60,337 nucleotides of DNA from Candidatus Thermofontivivens primus (GTDB taxonomy: Bacteria; Sysuimicrobiota; Sysuimicrobiia; Sysuimicrobiales; Thermofontiviventaceae), in the NCBI GenBank assembly GCA_031458695.1, contig JAVKJW010000014.1, positions 1 through 60,337 of the forward strand, read 5' to 3'. The notes under the pieces were generated by a model, which ran no database searches, had not been told where the DNA came from, and worked only from the letters and a program-made list of their open reading frames with translations. Numbering within the stretch: position 1 is the first letter of the stretch; every line of letters begins with the position of its first letter. The position numbers were made by a program, and so were the translations under genes. Below, in pieces: positions 1-9,313 of the stretch.

Positions 1-520
1 CGGCTGCCGAGGTATTGATGAGAATCCGCACCTGCCCATCCAGACTCTCCATGATCCTTTGGAGCCTCTGGTTGCCGCTCGCCCGGCGGATGAGGCGATG
101 GAACTCCAGATCGATCTCAGCGTACGCATCGAAATCCTTGGCTTCCAGGGCCTTCCTTCCATCCTGGATCAGGGCCCGCAGCCGCTGGAGGTCTTGCCTC
201 GTGATGGTCTCTGCCGCCAACCGTGCCGCCATCCCCTCGATGACCTCGCGCAAGGAGTAAATCTCAGCAATATCACGCTTCGTGATCGTGACCACGTATG
301 TCCCATGGTGCGGGTTGGTCACTACCAACCCTTCTCGCTCGAGCATGGCCAGCGCTTGCTTGACAGGGGTCCGGCTGACCTTCAGTTCCTCGCACAGGCG
401 ATCCACCACGAGCCTGGTCCCTGCCGGTAAACGGCGGCTTAGGATTGCCTTCCGAATGGCCCGGTAGGTGAGCTCCCCGATGGTATGCCGCGTCTCCAGC
501 GCAGGAAGTGCTCTTCGCAT
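1..520 (-). CDS. GntR-family (FadR/FCD) transcriptional regulator, 3' end truncated by window edge
   Basis: Manual translation from ATG at 520: MRRALPALETRHTIGELTYRAIRKAILSRRLPAGTRLVVDRLCEELKVSRTPVKQALAMLEREGLV (GntR wHTH), then IYSLREVIEG...DLEFHRLI...SGN (FCD). Absent from ORF track because it has no stop in the window. Confidence 0.9.
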   Translation of the reverse strand, partial: MRRALPALETRHTIGELTYRAIRKAILSRRLPAGTRLVVDRLCEELKVSRTPVKQALAMLEREGLVVTNPHHGTYVVTITKRDIAEIYSLREVIEGMAARLAAETITRQDLQRLRALIQDGRKALEAKDFDAYAEIDLEFHRLIRRASGNQRLQRIMESLDGQVRILINTSAA

Positions 521-625
521 GTTCGCTTGGGAAAATTTTGGATTTTAAATTTAATATTCGACATCTGCCCGCTCCTTCCTCCTCCCTCTCCGGAAACGCC
601 ACTTCAGGCAAAGGCTCCGAAGACC

Positions 626-2062
626 TCACGCTCTCAGGCGGATGGCGACCATCTGGATGTTGGTCATCTCCTCAATAGCGTACCGCACCCCCTCACGTCC
701 GATCCCGCTCTGCCGCACGCCCCCATAGGGCATGTGGTCCGCCCGGAAGGTGGGGGCATCGTTGATGATCACCCCCCCGAAGTGGAGTCTCTGGATCGCT
801 TGGAAGACGCGGTCGAGGTCACGGGTGAACACCGCTGCCTGGAGGCCATAGGTGGTGGCGTTCGCCTGCTCCAGGGCCTCCTCGAAGCTCTCGGCCTCGA
901 TGACCGAGGCCACAGGTGCGAACGCTTCCTTTGCCACCACCTTCATCTCAGGCTTCACCCGGATGAGCACCGTGGGCCAGTATACAGGGCCCTCTCGGCG
1001 TCCGCCCGTCACGATCTCTGCTCCTCCTGCCGTAGCCTCCTGAACCCACCCCTCGATGCGCTCAGCCTCCCGCACATCGATCATCGGTCCCACATCCACG
1101 CGCTCGTCGAGCGGATCCCCCACGACCATCTCCTCAGTCGCCTTGGTGAACCGCTCGAGGAAGGGTTCGAAGACCTTTCGGTCGCAGGATATGCGCTGGA
1201 CAGAGAGGCAGACCTGCCCGGAATTGTAGTAGGCGCCTACGGCGCACCGCTTCGCCGCGAATTCCAGGTCGGCATCTGATGCCACGATGACCGGGGAGGT
1301 GTTCCCTAGCTCAAGGGTGACTTTCTTGATCCCAGCCCGAGTGACGATGTGATACCCCACGTCTGTGCTCCCGGTAAAGGTGACCTTCCCCACCCGCGGG
1401 TCGGTGATCAGCCAGTCCCCTACAGTGCCTCCAGGACCCACAACCAGGTTGATGGCGCCAGGCGGCAATCCGCACGCCTCCAAAATCTGGCATAGCTTCA
1501 CGGAAGTCAACGGAGTTGCGCTCGCAGGCTTCAAGACAACCGCATTGCCTGCAGCGATGGCCGGAGCGACCTTGTGCGCAACGAGGTTCAGGGGGAAGTT
1601 GAATGGAGTGATCGCAGCTACAACCCCCACGGGCCTCCGCACGTAGAACCCGAAGTACCCCTCTCCCGCCGGCACTGCATCGAGGGGAACAGTCTCCCCG
1701 TGGATCCTCTTGGCCTCCTCTGCCGCAATGGTGAACGTGCTGACCGCCCGGTCGACCTCGATGCGTGCATACTTCAGCGCCTTCCCCGCCTCCATCGCAA
1801 TGAGACGGGCGATCTCCTCTTTCTGCTCTCGGATCATCACCGCAGCCCGCGCCAGGATCTCCCCCCGCCTGTGCGCAGGCATCTCTGCCATCACAGGGGC
1901 CGCTTCCCTAGCCGCGGCGATCGCTGCGTCCACATCCTCCCGTCGGGCCGTCGGAAGTGTCGCGATGACCTCGCCGGTATACTTGTTGCGCACCTCTAGT
2001 TCAGGTCCGCCGCTGACCCACCGACCCCCAATGAACAGTCTCGCTTCGCCTACCATGGACAT
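626..2062 (-). CDS. NAD(P)-dependent aldehyde dehydrogenase
   Basis: ITPFNFP, LKPA, FTGS, catalytic LELG and GQVCLS, PYGG motifs. Start reassigned to ATG 2062 after GGGAGGTG RBS (ORF track start 2086). Confidence 0.93.
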   Translation of the reverse strand: MSMVGEARLFIGGRWVSGGPELEVRNKYTGEVIATLPTARREDVDAAIAAAREAAPVMAEMPAHRRGEILARAAVMIREQKEEIARLIAMEAGKALKYARIEVDRAVSTFTIAAEEAKRIHGETVPLDAVPAGEGYFGFYVRRPVGVVAAITPFNFPLNLVAHKVAPAIAAGNAVVLKPASATPLTSVKLCQILEACGLPPGAINLVVGPGGTVGDWLITDPRVGKVTFTGSTDVGYHIVTRAGIKKVTLELGNTSPVIVASDADLEFAAKRCAVGAYYNSGQVCLSVQRISCDRKVFEPFLERFTKATEEMVVGDPLDERVDVGPMIDVREAERIEGWVQEATAGGAEIVTGGRREGPVYWPTVLIRVKPEMKVVAKEAFAPVASVIEAESFEEALEQANATTYGLQAAVFTRDLDRVFQAIQRLHFGGVIINDAPTFRADHMPYGGVRQSGIGREGVRYAIEEMTNIQMVAIRLRA

Positions 2063-2133
2063 CCCTTCACCTCCCAGACCATTCACCTACAGCGATCCTT
2101 CCAGGAAGGAGAAATTGTTCATACGTCGAATCC

Positions 2134-2148
2134 GCTTGTCTGACAAGC
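2134..2148. promoter_or_regulatory. Putative FadR-type operator, perfect palindrome GCTTGTC-T-GACAAGC
   Basis: Perfect 7-1-7 inverted repeat in the divergent ALDH/SBP intergenic region. A near-identical site lies upstream of the FadR gene (7528-7541). Confidence 0.7.
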
Positions 2149-2238
2149 TGACGGTAGGAGATTTCGGCAGCCGTTCCAGGAATCCTCTTTCATCGGGAAC
2201 ACGGCAGAACACCCGAAATCTGCGGAGGGGGGAGATAC

Positions 2239-3285
2239 ATGAAGAACAGGGTCGCTATCCTGATTCTCAGCGTGATCGTGCTCCTGGCCTTTTCGAGCAC
2301 AGGGACGCCGGCGCCTGCCGGGCCTGGACAGCCGCAGTTCCCGCCTCCTGGCCCGAAGCGCAAGGTTGTCTGGGCGATGCCTGTGGCTCCGCCGAATGTC
2401 ATCCACACTGCCGTTGCCTTGGCCAAAGAGTTTGGATTCATGGACAAATTCAACATCGATGTGGAGATCAAGAACTTCGAGGGTTCCACGCGGGCCCTCA
2501 CGGCAGCGATCACAGGAGATGTCCAGCTGGGATATATTGATTGCCTCGTGGCATACGGGAATGGTGTTCCTGTCGTCAGCTTCTATGGTCCGACCCCAAA
2601 GGTCGGGGTTGTCATGGTCGCACGCGACCCCATCAAAGATATCAAAGATCTGAGAGGAAAGAAGGTTGGCATGTCCAGCGCCCCTGGAGGGTTCATCGAT
2701 CGCATGAACAGGGCGGTCCTAGAAGCTGCAGGTCTACGGCCTCAGGACGTCACCATTGTCCAAACGACCACGGCCGGCCGGGTTCCTGCCCTCATCTCAG
2801 GACAAACCGACACCGCGATCTTCCACTACGAACAGGCGAGCAAGGTTCTTCGCGAGCTCAAGGGTGTGCGTGTGATCTATGACCTCTACAAGGCATTGCC
2901 CAACTACCAATACCATGTGGTGTGTGGCATGCGCTCGTTCGTACAGGCAAACCGGGATCTGGTCTCGGACTTCGTGGCAGCCACCATCCTGGCAATCCGC
3001 TATGCTTATACCCACAGGACGGAGACGATTCGAGCTGCAGCAAAGATCACCGGTGCCGACGAGCGCGATGTGAGCTATGCCTACGCGCGCATCGTAACAG
3101 GATGCGTGTGGGCACGGAACCTTGGCCTGGATATGAACAGGATCCGCTGGACAATTGATTTTGAGCACCAAGGAGGGGTCCTTCGGAACACGTATCGCCC
3201 AGAGGAAGCTTTCGATATGACCCTCGCGAACGAGGCACTGCAGAAGGCCGGAGGACCTATCCCCGTGCCACCTGGTTGCTTCTAA
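2239..3285 (+). CDS. ABC transporter substrate-binding protein, NMT1/THI5 (SsuA/TauA-like) family
   Basis: N-terminal signal peptide, IKDIKDLRGKKVG motif, adjacent NitT/TauT ATPase and permease. Confidence 0.85.
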   Translation: MKNRVAILILSVIVLLAFSSTGTPAPAGPGQPQFPPPGPKRKVVWAMPVAPPNVIHTAVALAKEFGFMDKFNIDVEIKNFEGSTRALTAAITGDVQLGYIDCLVAYGNGVPVVSFYGPTPKVGVVMVARDPIKDIKDLRGKKVGMSSAPGGFIDRMNRAVLEAAGLRPQDVTIVQTTTAGRVPALISGQTDTAIFHYEQASKVLRELKGVRVIYDLYKALPNYQYHVVCGMRSFVQANRDLVSDFVAATILAIRYAYTHRTETIRAAAKITGADERDVSYAYARIVTGCVWARNLGLDMNRIRWTIDFEHQGGVLRNTYRPEEAFDMTLANEALQKAGGPIPVPPGCF

Positions 3286-3286
3286 G

Positions 3287-3346
3287 CACCTTCTTGAGAT
3301 ACGGGGCTCCCCCTGCAAAATCTCTCCTAGGATTTTGCTTGGGGTA
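3287..3346. repeat. Partial copy (linker + hairpin A) of double-hairpin interspersed repeat
   Basis: CTTCTTGAGATACGGGGCTCCCCCTGCAAAATCTCTCCTAGGATTTTGCTTGGGGTA aligns by eye with the right half of the 34837-34931 copy. Confidence 0.65.
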
Positions 3347-3380
3347 GGGAGATCCACCCTGTACAAGGAGGGAATGCACG

Positions 3381-4442
3381 ATGGGGGATGAGATCCTGCA
3401 GAAGGTCGTAGTAAGCTGGGAACCGCGTATCATCACCAATGGCGTCGATGCGAACGACTACAGGAGAACCGTCCAGAGCTTGGCGCGATGGGACCAGTGG
3501 TATGGGGCGTGGATGGAACTCGGACGACACCATGAGTCCCTTGCCGAGGAAGCCCTAGGGGAAGGTCGTTCCCTCACCGCGCAGGAGGCATACTACCGCG
3601 CTGCTCTTGCGTATCACTTCGCCATCTTCTGCTGGGTCCACAACTTGGAGGAATACACTACAGGCCACCGCAAGCGGGTGGAGTGTTACCAGAAGGCACT
3701 TCCAGGATTCGATCCCCCAGGGGAGCGAGTGGAGATCCCGCTCGAGGAGACCACAATGCCGGGCTACCTCCGACGCCCTCGTGGGATCAAACGGCCTCCA
3801 GTGGTCCTGTTCCTTTCAGGGTTGGATTCGGCAAAGGAGGAACATCATACCTTTGAGAATCACTTCCTCCGCCGCGGCCTAGCAACCCTCACTGTGGACG
3901 GCCCTGGGCAGGGAGAGATGTGGTTCCGTATGAAGATGCGAGTGGATTTTGAGGTTGCAGCCCGGGCTGCAATCGATTTTCTCCTCAGCCGGGATGATGT
4001 CGACGGGAGCCGGGTAGGAGTTTGTGGAGTCAGCCTGGGCGGGTATCTTGCTGCACGCTGTGCCGCCCTGGAGCCGCGGATCCGCGCAGTCGCATGCTGC
4101 GGCAGTTTGTACAGCCCCGAGACCAGTCCCATTCTCCTTCACGATGCATTCCACCTCCAACGTTGGCTCCACATCTGGGGTGCGAAGGACCAGGAGGAGG
4201 TACGGGAGAAGAGCCGTGGAGCGACCCTCGCGGGGATCGCGAGGCACATCCGTGTCCCCTTGCTCGTCGTACACGGGGAGAAAGACAACCTCATTCCACC
4301 ACAAGATCCCTACCGCATCTACGAAGAAGCGACCGGTCCCAAACGGTGGGTCTGCTACCCAGAAGGAAACCACGTGTGCAATAACATTCCTTACAAGTAC
4401 CGCCCTCTTGTCGCGGACTTTCTGGCGGAGGCCCTGCGGTGA
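3381..4442 (+). CDS. Alpha/beta hydrolase, 2,6-dihydroxypseudooxynicotine (DHPON) hydrolase-like
   Basis: GLDSAKEE, DGPGQGEM, nucleophile GVSLGG, HGEKD, EGNHVCNN motifs. Confidence 0.8.
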   Translation: MGDEILQKVVVSWEPRIITNGVDANDYRRTVQSLARWDQWYGAWMELGRHHESLAEEALGEGRSLTAQEAYYRAALAYHFAIFCWVHNLEEYTTGHRKRVECYQKALPGFDPPGERVEIPLEETTMPGYLRRPRGIKRPPVVLFLSGLDSAKEEHHTFENHFLRRGLATLTVDGPGQGEMWFRMKMRVDFEVAARAAIDFLLSRDDVDGSRVGVCGVSLGGYLAARCAALEPRIRAVACCGSLYSPETSPILLHDAFHLQRWLHIWGAKDQEEVREKSRGATLAGIARHIRVPLLVVHGEKDNLIPPQDPYRIYEEATGPKRWVCYPEGNHVCNNIPYKYRPLVADFLAEALR

Positions 4443-5221
4443 CGATCAAGATTCGCGTGGAAAACGCCACACGTCTCTTCCTGGGAGGCACGGTGGTTGC
4501 TTTCGAGGGAATTTCGTTCGACGTCTATGCCAATGAATTCTTGTGTATCGTCGGCCCCAGTGGGTGTGGGAAGACCACGCTCTTGCGCTGCATGGATGGG
4601 CTAATCCCCCTCTCCGCTGGAACAATCACCCTCGATGGCCAGCCCATCACTCGCCCCCCAGAGAAGGTCTCCATGGTATTCCAGCACTTCGGCCTCTTCC
4701 CGTGGAAAACCGTCTTCGCCAACGTCGCATACGGGTTGAAGGTGCGGGGCGCACCAGCTGCAGAGATCACCGAACGCGTGTCGCGTGCTATCGAGCTGGT
4801 GGGCCTGAAAGGGTTTGAGCGGTATTACCCCCACCAGCTCTCCGGAGGTATGCAGCAGCGAGTCGGCTTGGCGCGTGCGCTGGCTACAGATCCGGATGTC
4901 CTCCTCATGGACGAACCTTTTGCGGCTTTGGATGCACAGACTCGGGAGATCCTCCAAGAGGAGCTCCTGCGGATCCTTGAGCAGGAGCGAAAGACCATTG
5001 TGTTCGTCACCCACAGCATTGACGAGGCGATCCTCCTGGGAGACCGTGTCATCGTGCTTACGGCCCGTCCAGGAAGGATCAAAACGGTTGTGAGGGTTCC
5101 TTTCCCGAGGCCCCGGAAGCTCTCTGTAGTCCGGGCAGACCCACAGTTCGGAAGCCTGAGGACGCAGATTTGGGAGCTCCTTCGTTCCGAGATCGCCGAG
5201 GCAGCCTCGGTTCCTCCTTGA
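4439..5221 (+). CDS. ABC transporter ATP-binding protein, NitT/TauT family
   Basis: GPSGCGKT, LSGGMQQR, LLMDEPFAALD, FVTHSIDEA. Confidence 0.95.
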   Translation: MTIKIRVENATRLFLGGTVVAFEGISFDVYANEFLCIVGPSGCGKTTLLRCMDGLIPLSAGTITLDGQPITRPPEKVSMVFQHFGLFPWKTVFANVAYGLKVRGAPAAEITERVSRAIELVGLKGFERYYPHQLSGGMQQRVGLARALATDPDVLLMDEPFAALDAQTREILQEELLRILEQERKTIVFVTHSIDEAILLGDRVIVLTARPGRIKTVVRVPFPRPRKLSVVRADPQFGSLRTQIWELLRSEIAEAASVPP

Positions 5222-5265
5222 GAGGCCCCACCCGGGCACCATCGATTGAGGGAAGGAGGCCATCT

Positions 5266-6090
5266 ATGGAAACTGCCGTACATATCCAGAAGCAGGCAGA
5301 GTTAAAGCGGGCGATTGCAAACTTGTCTAGACGCCAGCGTCGGAGTGAATGGGTGATCCGCCTTGTGGGGGTTTCTCTGATTCTTGCCCTGTGGGAGGCA
5401 TTTGGCCGGCAGATCAACCCGCTCCTCTTCGCCCCACCCTCGCGGATCGTCGCTGCGGCGGTCCAGGTGGTAGGCTCCGGAGAGCTCTGGAAATACCTCT
5501 CTATCTCCCTCAAGGTATTCCTCATTGGGACAGGCCTCGGTGCAATCTCCGGGGTCGTCCTGGGGATCCTGATGGCGCGGATTCGTGTCCTGGATCTCAC
5601 CCTCGAGCCCTTCGTGATTGCCCTCTACTCTACACCCATGGTGGCGCTCATGCCCCTGGTGGTGATCTGGTTAGGATTCGGAGATCAGGCAAAGGCTGCT
5701 GTCATCTATCTCTTCGCCATCTTCCCCATCCTGCTGAACACTTACCAGGGGGTGAAGAGCGTGGATCCAAAGCTGCTTGAGGTTGCCAAGTCGTTCCGAA
5801 GCCCAGAGTGGGCTCTGTGGGGGGATGTGATCCTCCCCTCCTCCCTCCCCTTCCTCGTTGCTGGGTTACGTCTTGCCCTCGGCCGTGCCCTTGTCGGGAT
5901 GGTCGTTGCAGATCTGTATACAGCCGTTTCCGGCATCGGATACCTCATCGTGCGTTATGCTCAGAGCATCCAGATCGACCGCATGCTTGTCCCTGTGATT
6001 ACCCTCTCTCTCCTGGGCGTGATCCTAGTACAGGGGTTGCGCTGGCTAGAAGTCCGGGTGGCACCGTGGCAGCACTCCAGTCATGACTGA
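5266..6090 (+). CDS. ABC transporter permease, NitT/TauT family
   Basis: Multiple TM segments and an EAA-like loop. Start reassigned to ATG 5266 after GGAAGGAGG RBS. Confidence 0.9.
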   Translation: METAVHIQKQAELKRAIANLSRRQRRSEWVIRLVGVSLILALWEAFGRQINPLLFAPPSRIVAAAVQVVGSGELWKYLSISLKVFLIGTGLGAISGVVLGILMARIRVLDLTLEPFVIALYSTPMVALMPLVVIWLGFGDQAKAAVIYLFAIFPILLNTYQGVKSVDPKLLEVAKSFRSPEWALWGDVILPSSLPFLVAGLRLALGRALVGMVVADLYTAVSGIGYLIVRYAQSIQIDRMLVPVITLSLLGVILVQGLRWLEVRVAPWQHSSHD

Positions 6091-6104
6091 TCCGGAGGAG
6101 GAAC

Positions 6105-7388
6105 ATGCCAGGACCTTTTCACTTCGAGGAGATCCGCAGCGCTCTGGACCAAGGGCAGCACTTCGGGAATTTCTACGGGAGTCCCTACTTTGCCGATGCC
6201 GTCTACGAGAAGTTCTCCGAAGGAGAGATGCAGCGGCGCTATACTCTCACGCGGGAAAAGCTCCAGCGCCTGGGCCTCGACGCCCTCATTGCCTGCGGTG
6301 GCCCTAACCACTGGAGCTACGGTGGAGGTGTCTTTTGGCTCACTGGCCACAGAGAGTGGCATGCCGTATCCGTTTACCTTCTGGTCCCCCTTGAGGGAGA
6401 GCCTACCCTCGTGTACGGGATGGGCGGGACGCACATCGAGGCGACGCGTCGCGCTGTGACAGTGCGTGACGTGCGACCTGCTTCGGGGGGAGGGTTTGCC
6501 AAGGTCCTTGCAGCACGTCTCCGGGAACTCCACCTCGACCGCGGCAGGATCGGGATCTCCCTCCTTGATCCCCGGAACGGCGACTACCTGCCAGTTAATC
6601 AATACCAGGCGCTCTTGGAGGAGCTTCCAAATGCGCGCTTTGTCTTCGCAGGCGATTTCTTTCATGAGTTCCTTGTGGTGAAGAGCCGCGAGGAGCTGGG
6701 TCGTGTCCGGAAGGCAGGAGAGCTCTGTACTAGAGCCCTCCACGCCATCCTCCAGGCCGCGCGACCAGGTGTGGCGGAGTACGAGTTGAAGGCCGCTGCG
6801 GCCCACGCAATCCTAAGTGGAGGCGGGGAGGTGGATTTCCTGATTATCGGGAGCACCTCCATGGAGCGACCTTGCATGATCTTCGGGAACCCGAGGCCAT
6901 CGGGACGGCGTCTGCAACATGGGGACCTCATCCTCAACGAACTCGCCGCTGGGTATGAGGGGTATACCGCCCAAATCGGTGTCCCCATCTGTGTCGGACC
7001 TCCCACCGACCAGATCCGACGTATGTTCGACGAGGTGGTCCGTCCTGGCTTCGAGTACCTCGCAGACGCCCTCCGTCCAGGAGTCTCCCTGGAGGAGGTA
7101 GCGAGACGATCGCGCTTCTTCCGCGAGCGGGGATACCAGTCCCGGCCTATCATCCTCCACGGAATCGATCTCGTCACCCATCCCCCAGAAGTACGTGTGG
7201 ATGGTGTGCATGCTGACCCGGAGGACAGAATCCTGAGGCCTGGGATGACGGTCATGCTGGAACCCAACCCGATCACACCGGATGGATTGCTTGGGTTGTT
7301 CTTCGGTCACACCTTCGTCATCACGGAGACAGGAAGTGAACGCGTCACGGGTGACGAAACTCTGGACCTCTTGGTTGCGGAGGGCTAA
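6105..7388 (+). CDS. M24 (creatinase/aminopeptidase P) fold protein with atypical metal site
   Basis: Creatinase_N-like N-domain, VKSREE linker, GDLILNELAAGYEGYTAQ, LHGIDL, MLEPNP, FFGHTFVIT. Confidence 0.8.
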   Translation: MPGPFHFEEIRSALDQGQHFGNFYGSPYFADAVYEKFSEGEMQRRYTLTREKLQRLGLDALIACGGPNHWSYGGGVFWLTGHREWHAVSVYLLVPLEGEPTLVYGMGGTHIEATRRAVTVRDVRPASGGGFAKVLAARLRELHLDRGRIGISLLDPRNGDYLPVNQYQALLEELPNARFVFAGDFFHEFLVVKSREELGRVRKAGELCTRALHAILQAARPGVAEYELKAAAAHAILSGGGEVDFLIIGSTSMERPCMIFGNPRPSGRRLQHGDLILNELAAGYEGYTAQIGVPICVGPPTDQIRRMFDEVVRPGFEYLADALRPGVSLEEVARRSRFFRERGYQSRPIILHGIDLVTHPPEVRVDGVHADPEDRILRPGMTVMLEPNPITPDGLLGLFFGHTFVITETGSERVTGDETLDLLVAEG

Positions 7389-7482
7389 GTATCCCCAGCG
7401 AAATCTTTTGACAAGATTTGCTGGGGATCCCGATTTTTCAAGTGGGGCCCTCGGCAAAAGTCAAGAACTTTTGCCGGGGTAC
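7389..7482. repeat. Full-length double-hairpin interspersed repeat (REP/REPIN-like), reference copy
   Basis: GTAT-CCCCAGCGAAATCTT-ttgac-AAGATTTGCTGGGG hairpin, ~20-nt linker, CCTCGGCAAAAGT-caaga-ACTTTTGCCGGGG-TAC hairpin. Homologous copies occur elsewhere in the window. Confidence 0.8.
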
Positions 7483-7527
7483 TTAAGGGTGTGTGAAGGG
7501 AAAGGCCCTTCTCTCGGCGAATATCCT

Positions 7528-7541
7528 ACTGTCAGACAAGC
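7528..7541. promoter_or_regulatory. Putative FadR operator (ACTGTCAGACAAGC) upstream of FadR gene
   Basis: Shares TGTCnGACAAGC with the 2134-2148 palindrome and lies ~35 nt upstream of the regulator start (autoregulation position). Confidence 0.6.
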
Positions 7542-7577
7542 AGATCAAAAGCCGCGGATGGAATGCGAGGTGACCCG

Positions 7578-8336
7578 ATGGCCCCCCGTACGGTCTTAGA
7601 TGAGGGGTTTGTTCCCGTCGAGAAGCAGAAGACCTATGAGCTCGTCGCCGATCACCTCATCGCCATGATCGGTGACCGCAGACTCCGTCCCGGCGATGCC
7701 CTCCCCACGGAGAAAGAACTTGCGACCCGGTTCCGCGTGGGACGGTCGTCGGTACGCGAGGCCCTGCGGATCCTGGAATCGAAGGGTCTCATCCGCTCCC
7801 TGGGGAAGGGAAGCTTCGTGGTTGCCCCTTCCTTGAATCCCCTGAGCGAGTCGCTCCTGTTGTTGTTCACCTTGCGGGAGGCGACCATGCGGGAACTCTT
7901 TGAGGTCCGCAAGCTCCTTGAGGTCCAGACTGTTGCCCTGGCTGCGGAGCGGCGGACCCGGGCTGATCTCAAGCGCATGGAACAGGCCATCCGAGATATG
8001 GATGAGGGGATTGCTTCTCCTCATCGGTATATCGCGGCTGACCTTCAATTCCACCTCGCCATCGCCGAGGCAACCAAGAACCGGATCGTGGCCCGGTTGA
8101 TGCATGCCATCCGGGGGCTCCTGCAGCGGGCACTGTTTACCATTTACGACATCCCAGGAAGCCCCCAGCGATCCCTGGAGCAGCATCGGCAGATCTTCTC
8201 GGCCATCCTCAAGAAAGACGCTTCCGAGGCGCGCACGCGGATGATCGAGCACCTTTCCCGCGTGGAGCATGACATCCGCAACATCCTGGGCGGGAAGGCA
8301 TGGGAGCAGTATATCCGGCCGCTTGATGAGGTTTAG
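7578..8336 (+). CDS. FadR-subfamily GntR transcriptional regulator
   Basis: LRPGDALPTEKELATRFRVGRSSVREAL wHTH; FCD with DLQFH and EQHRQI. ATG 7578 follows GAGGTGA RBS. Confidence 0.93.
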   Translation: MAPRTVLDEGFVPVEKQKTYELVADHLIAMIGDRRLRPGDALPTEKELATRFRVGRSSVREALRILESKGLIRSLGKGSFVVAPSLNPLSESLLLLFTLREATMRELFEVRKLLEVQTVALAAERRTRADLKRMEQAIRDMDEGIASPHRYIAADLQFHLAIAEATKNRIVARLMHAIRGLLQRALFTIYDIPGSPQRSLEQHRQIFSAILKKDASEARTRMIEHLSRVEHDIRNILGGKAWEQYIRPLDEV

Positions 8337-8407
8337 AGATTCGTGATGGGTGCGTCCCAAGTAGGGACTGCCGAAGGGTTCACAAGAGAGATGGAGGGAA
8401 GAAGCTT

Positions 8408-9313
8408 ATGACAAACCTTGGGTTCGTTGGGCTCGGCGTGATGGGAAGCCGGATCGTCAAGCGGCTCCTAGATGCTGGCTACACCGTCACGGGGTATAAC
8501 CGGACCAAAGCAAAAGCCCAGTGGCTCCTCGACCTGGGGATGCGCTGGGGGGAAACGCCGCGGACGGTTGCAGAGGTCGCAGATGTGGTCTTCACCATGG
8601 TTACAGATACGCGGGCGCTCCGAGACGTGACCGAAGGTCCCAACGGCATTCTCGCTGGGCTTGGGCCAGGGAAGGTCTACATCGACATGAGCACCGTGAG
8701 CCCCGCGGCAAGCAGGGAGCTGGCTATGCGGGTTGCGGAGAAGGGTGCTCGGATGCTCGACGCGCCAGTCTCCGGGAGCGTCGTGACGCTGGAACAGGGA
8801 AAGCTCTCCATCATGGTGGGAGGCGACTACGAGACCTTCCAACAGGTCAAGCCCATCCTTGAGACCATTGGGCCCAAGGTCAACTACGTCGGGGGAAACG
8901 GCCAAGCGGTGCTCATGAAGATCGCAACGAATTTGAACCTCGGTGCGCAAATGCTGGCTTTCAGTGAAGCTGTGCTCCTTGCGGAGAAAGGTGGGATCCC
9001 GCGAAAGACAGCTGTAGAGGTGCTTCTGAACAGTGTGGCTGCCTCTCCCATGCTCTGCTACCGTGGACCCTTCGTCCTGGAGATGCCTGAAGAGGCATGG
9101 TTCGATGTGAACATGATGCAGAAGGACCTGCTCATTGCGCTGGAGATGGGAAGGCAGCTCAACGTTCCCCTGCCGACCACAGCCATAGCCAACGAGTTCC
9201 TCACCGCTGCACGTGGAATGGGGCTTGACAAGAATGACTTCGCCATCATCTTTGAAGTCCTCGCCCGGATGTCCGGGTTTTCGCCGGACCACAAACCCCC
9301 TGCCGGGGAGTGA
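8408..9313 (+). CDS. NAD(P)-dependent beta-hydroxyacid dehydrogenase (3-hydroxyisobutyrate dehydrogenase / tartronate semialdehyde reductase family)
   Basis: GLGVMG, DMSTVSP, DAPVSG, catalytic Lys in MKIATN, MMQKD. Confidence 0.9.
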   Translation: MTNLGFVGLGVMGSRIVKRLLDAGYTVTGYNRTKAKAQWLLDLGMRWGETPRTVAEVADVVFTMVTDTRALRDVTEGPNGILAGLGPGKVYIDMSTVSPAASRELAMRVAEKGARMLDAPVSGSVVTLEQGKLSIMVGGDYETFQQVKPILETIGPKVNYVGGNGQAVLMKIATNLNLGAQMLAFSEAVLLAEKGGIPRKTAVEVLLNSVAASPMLCYRGPFVLEMPEEAWFDVNMMQKDLLIALEMGRQLNVPLPTTAIANEFLTAARGMGLDKNDFAIIFEVLARMSGFSPDHKPPAGE

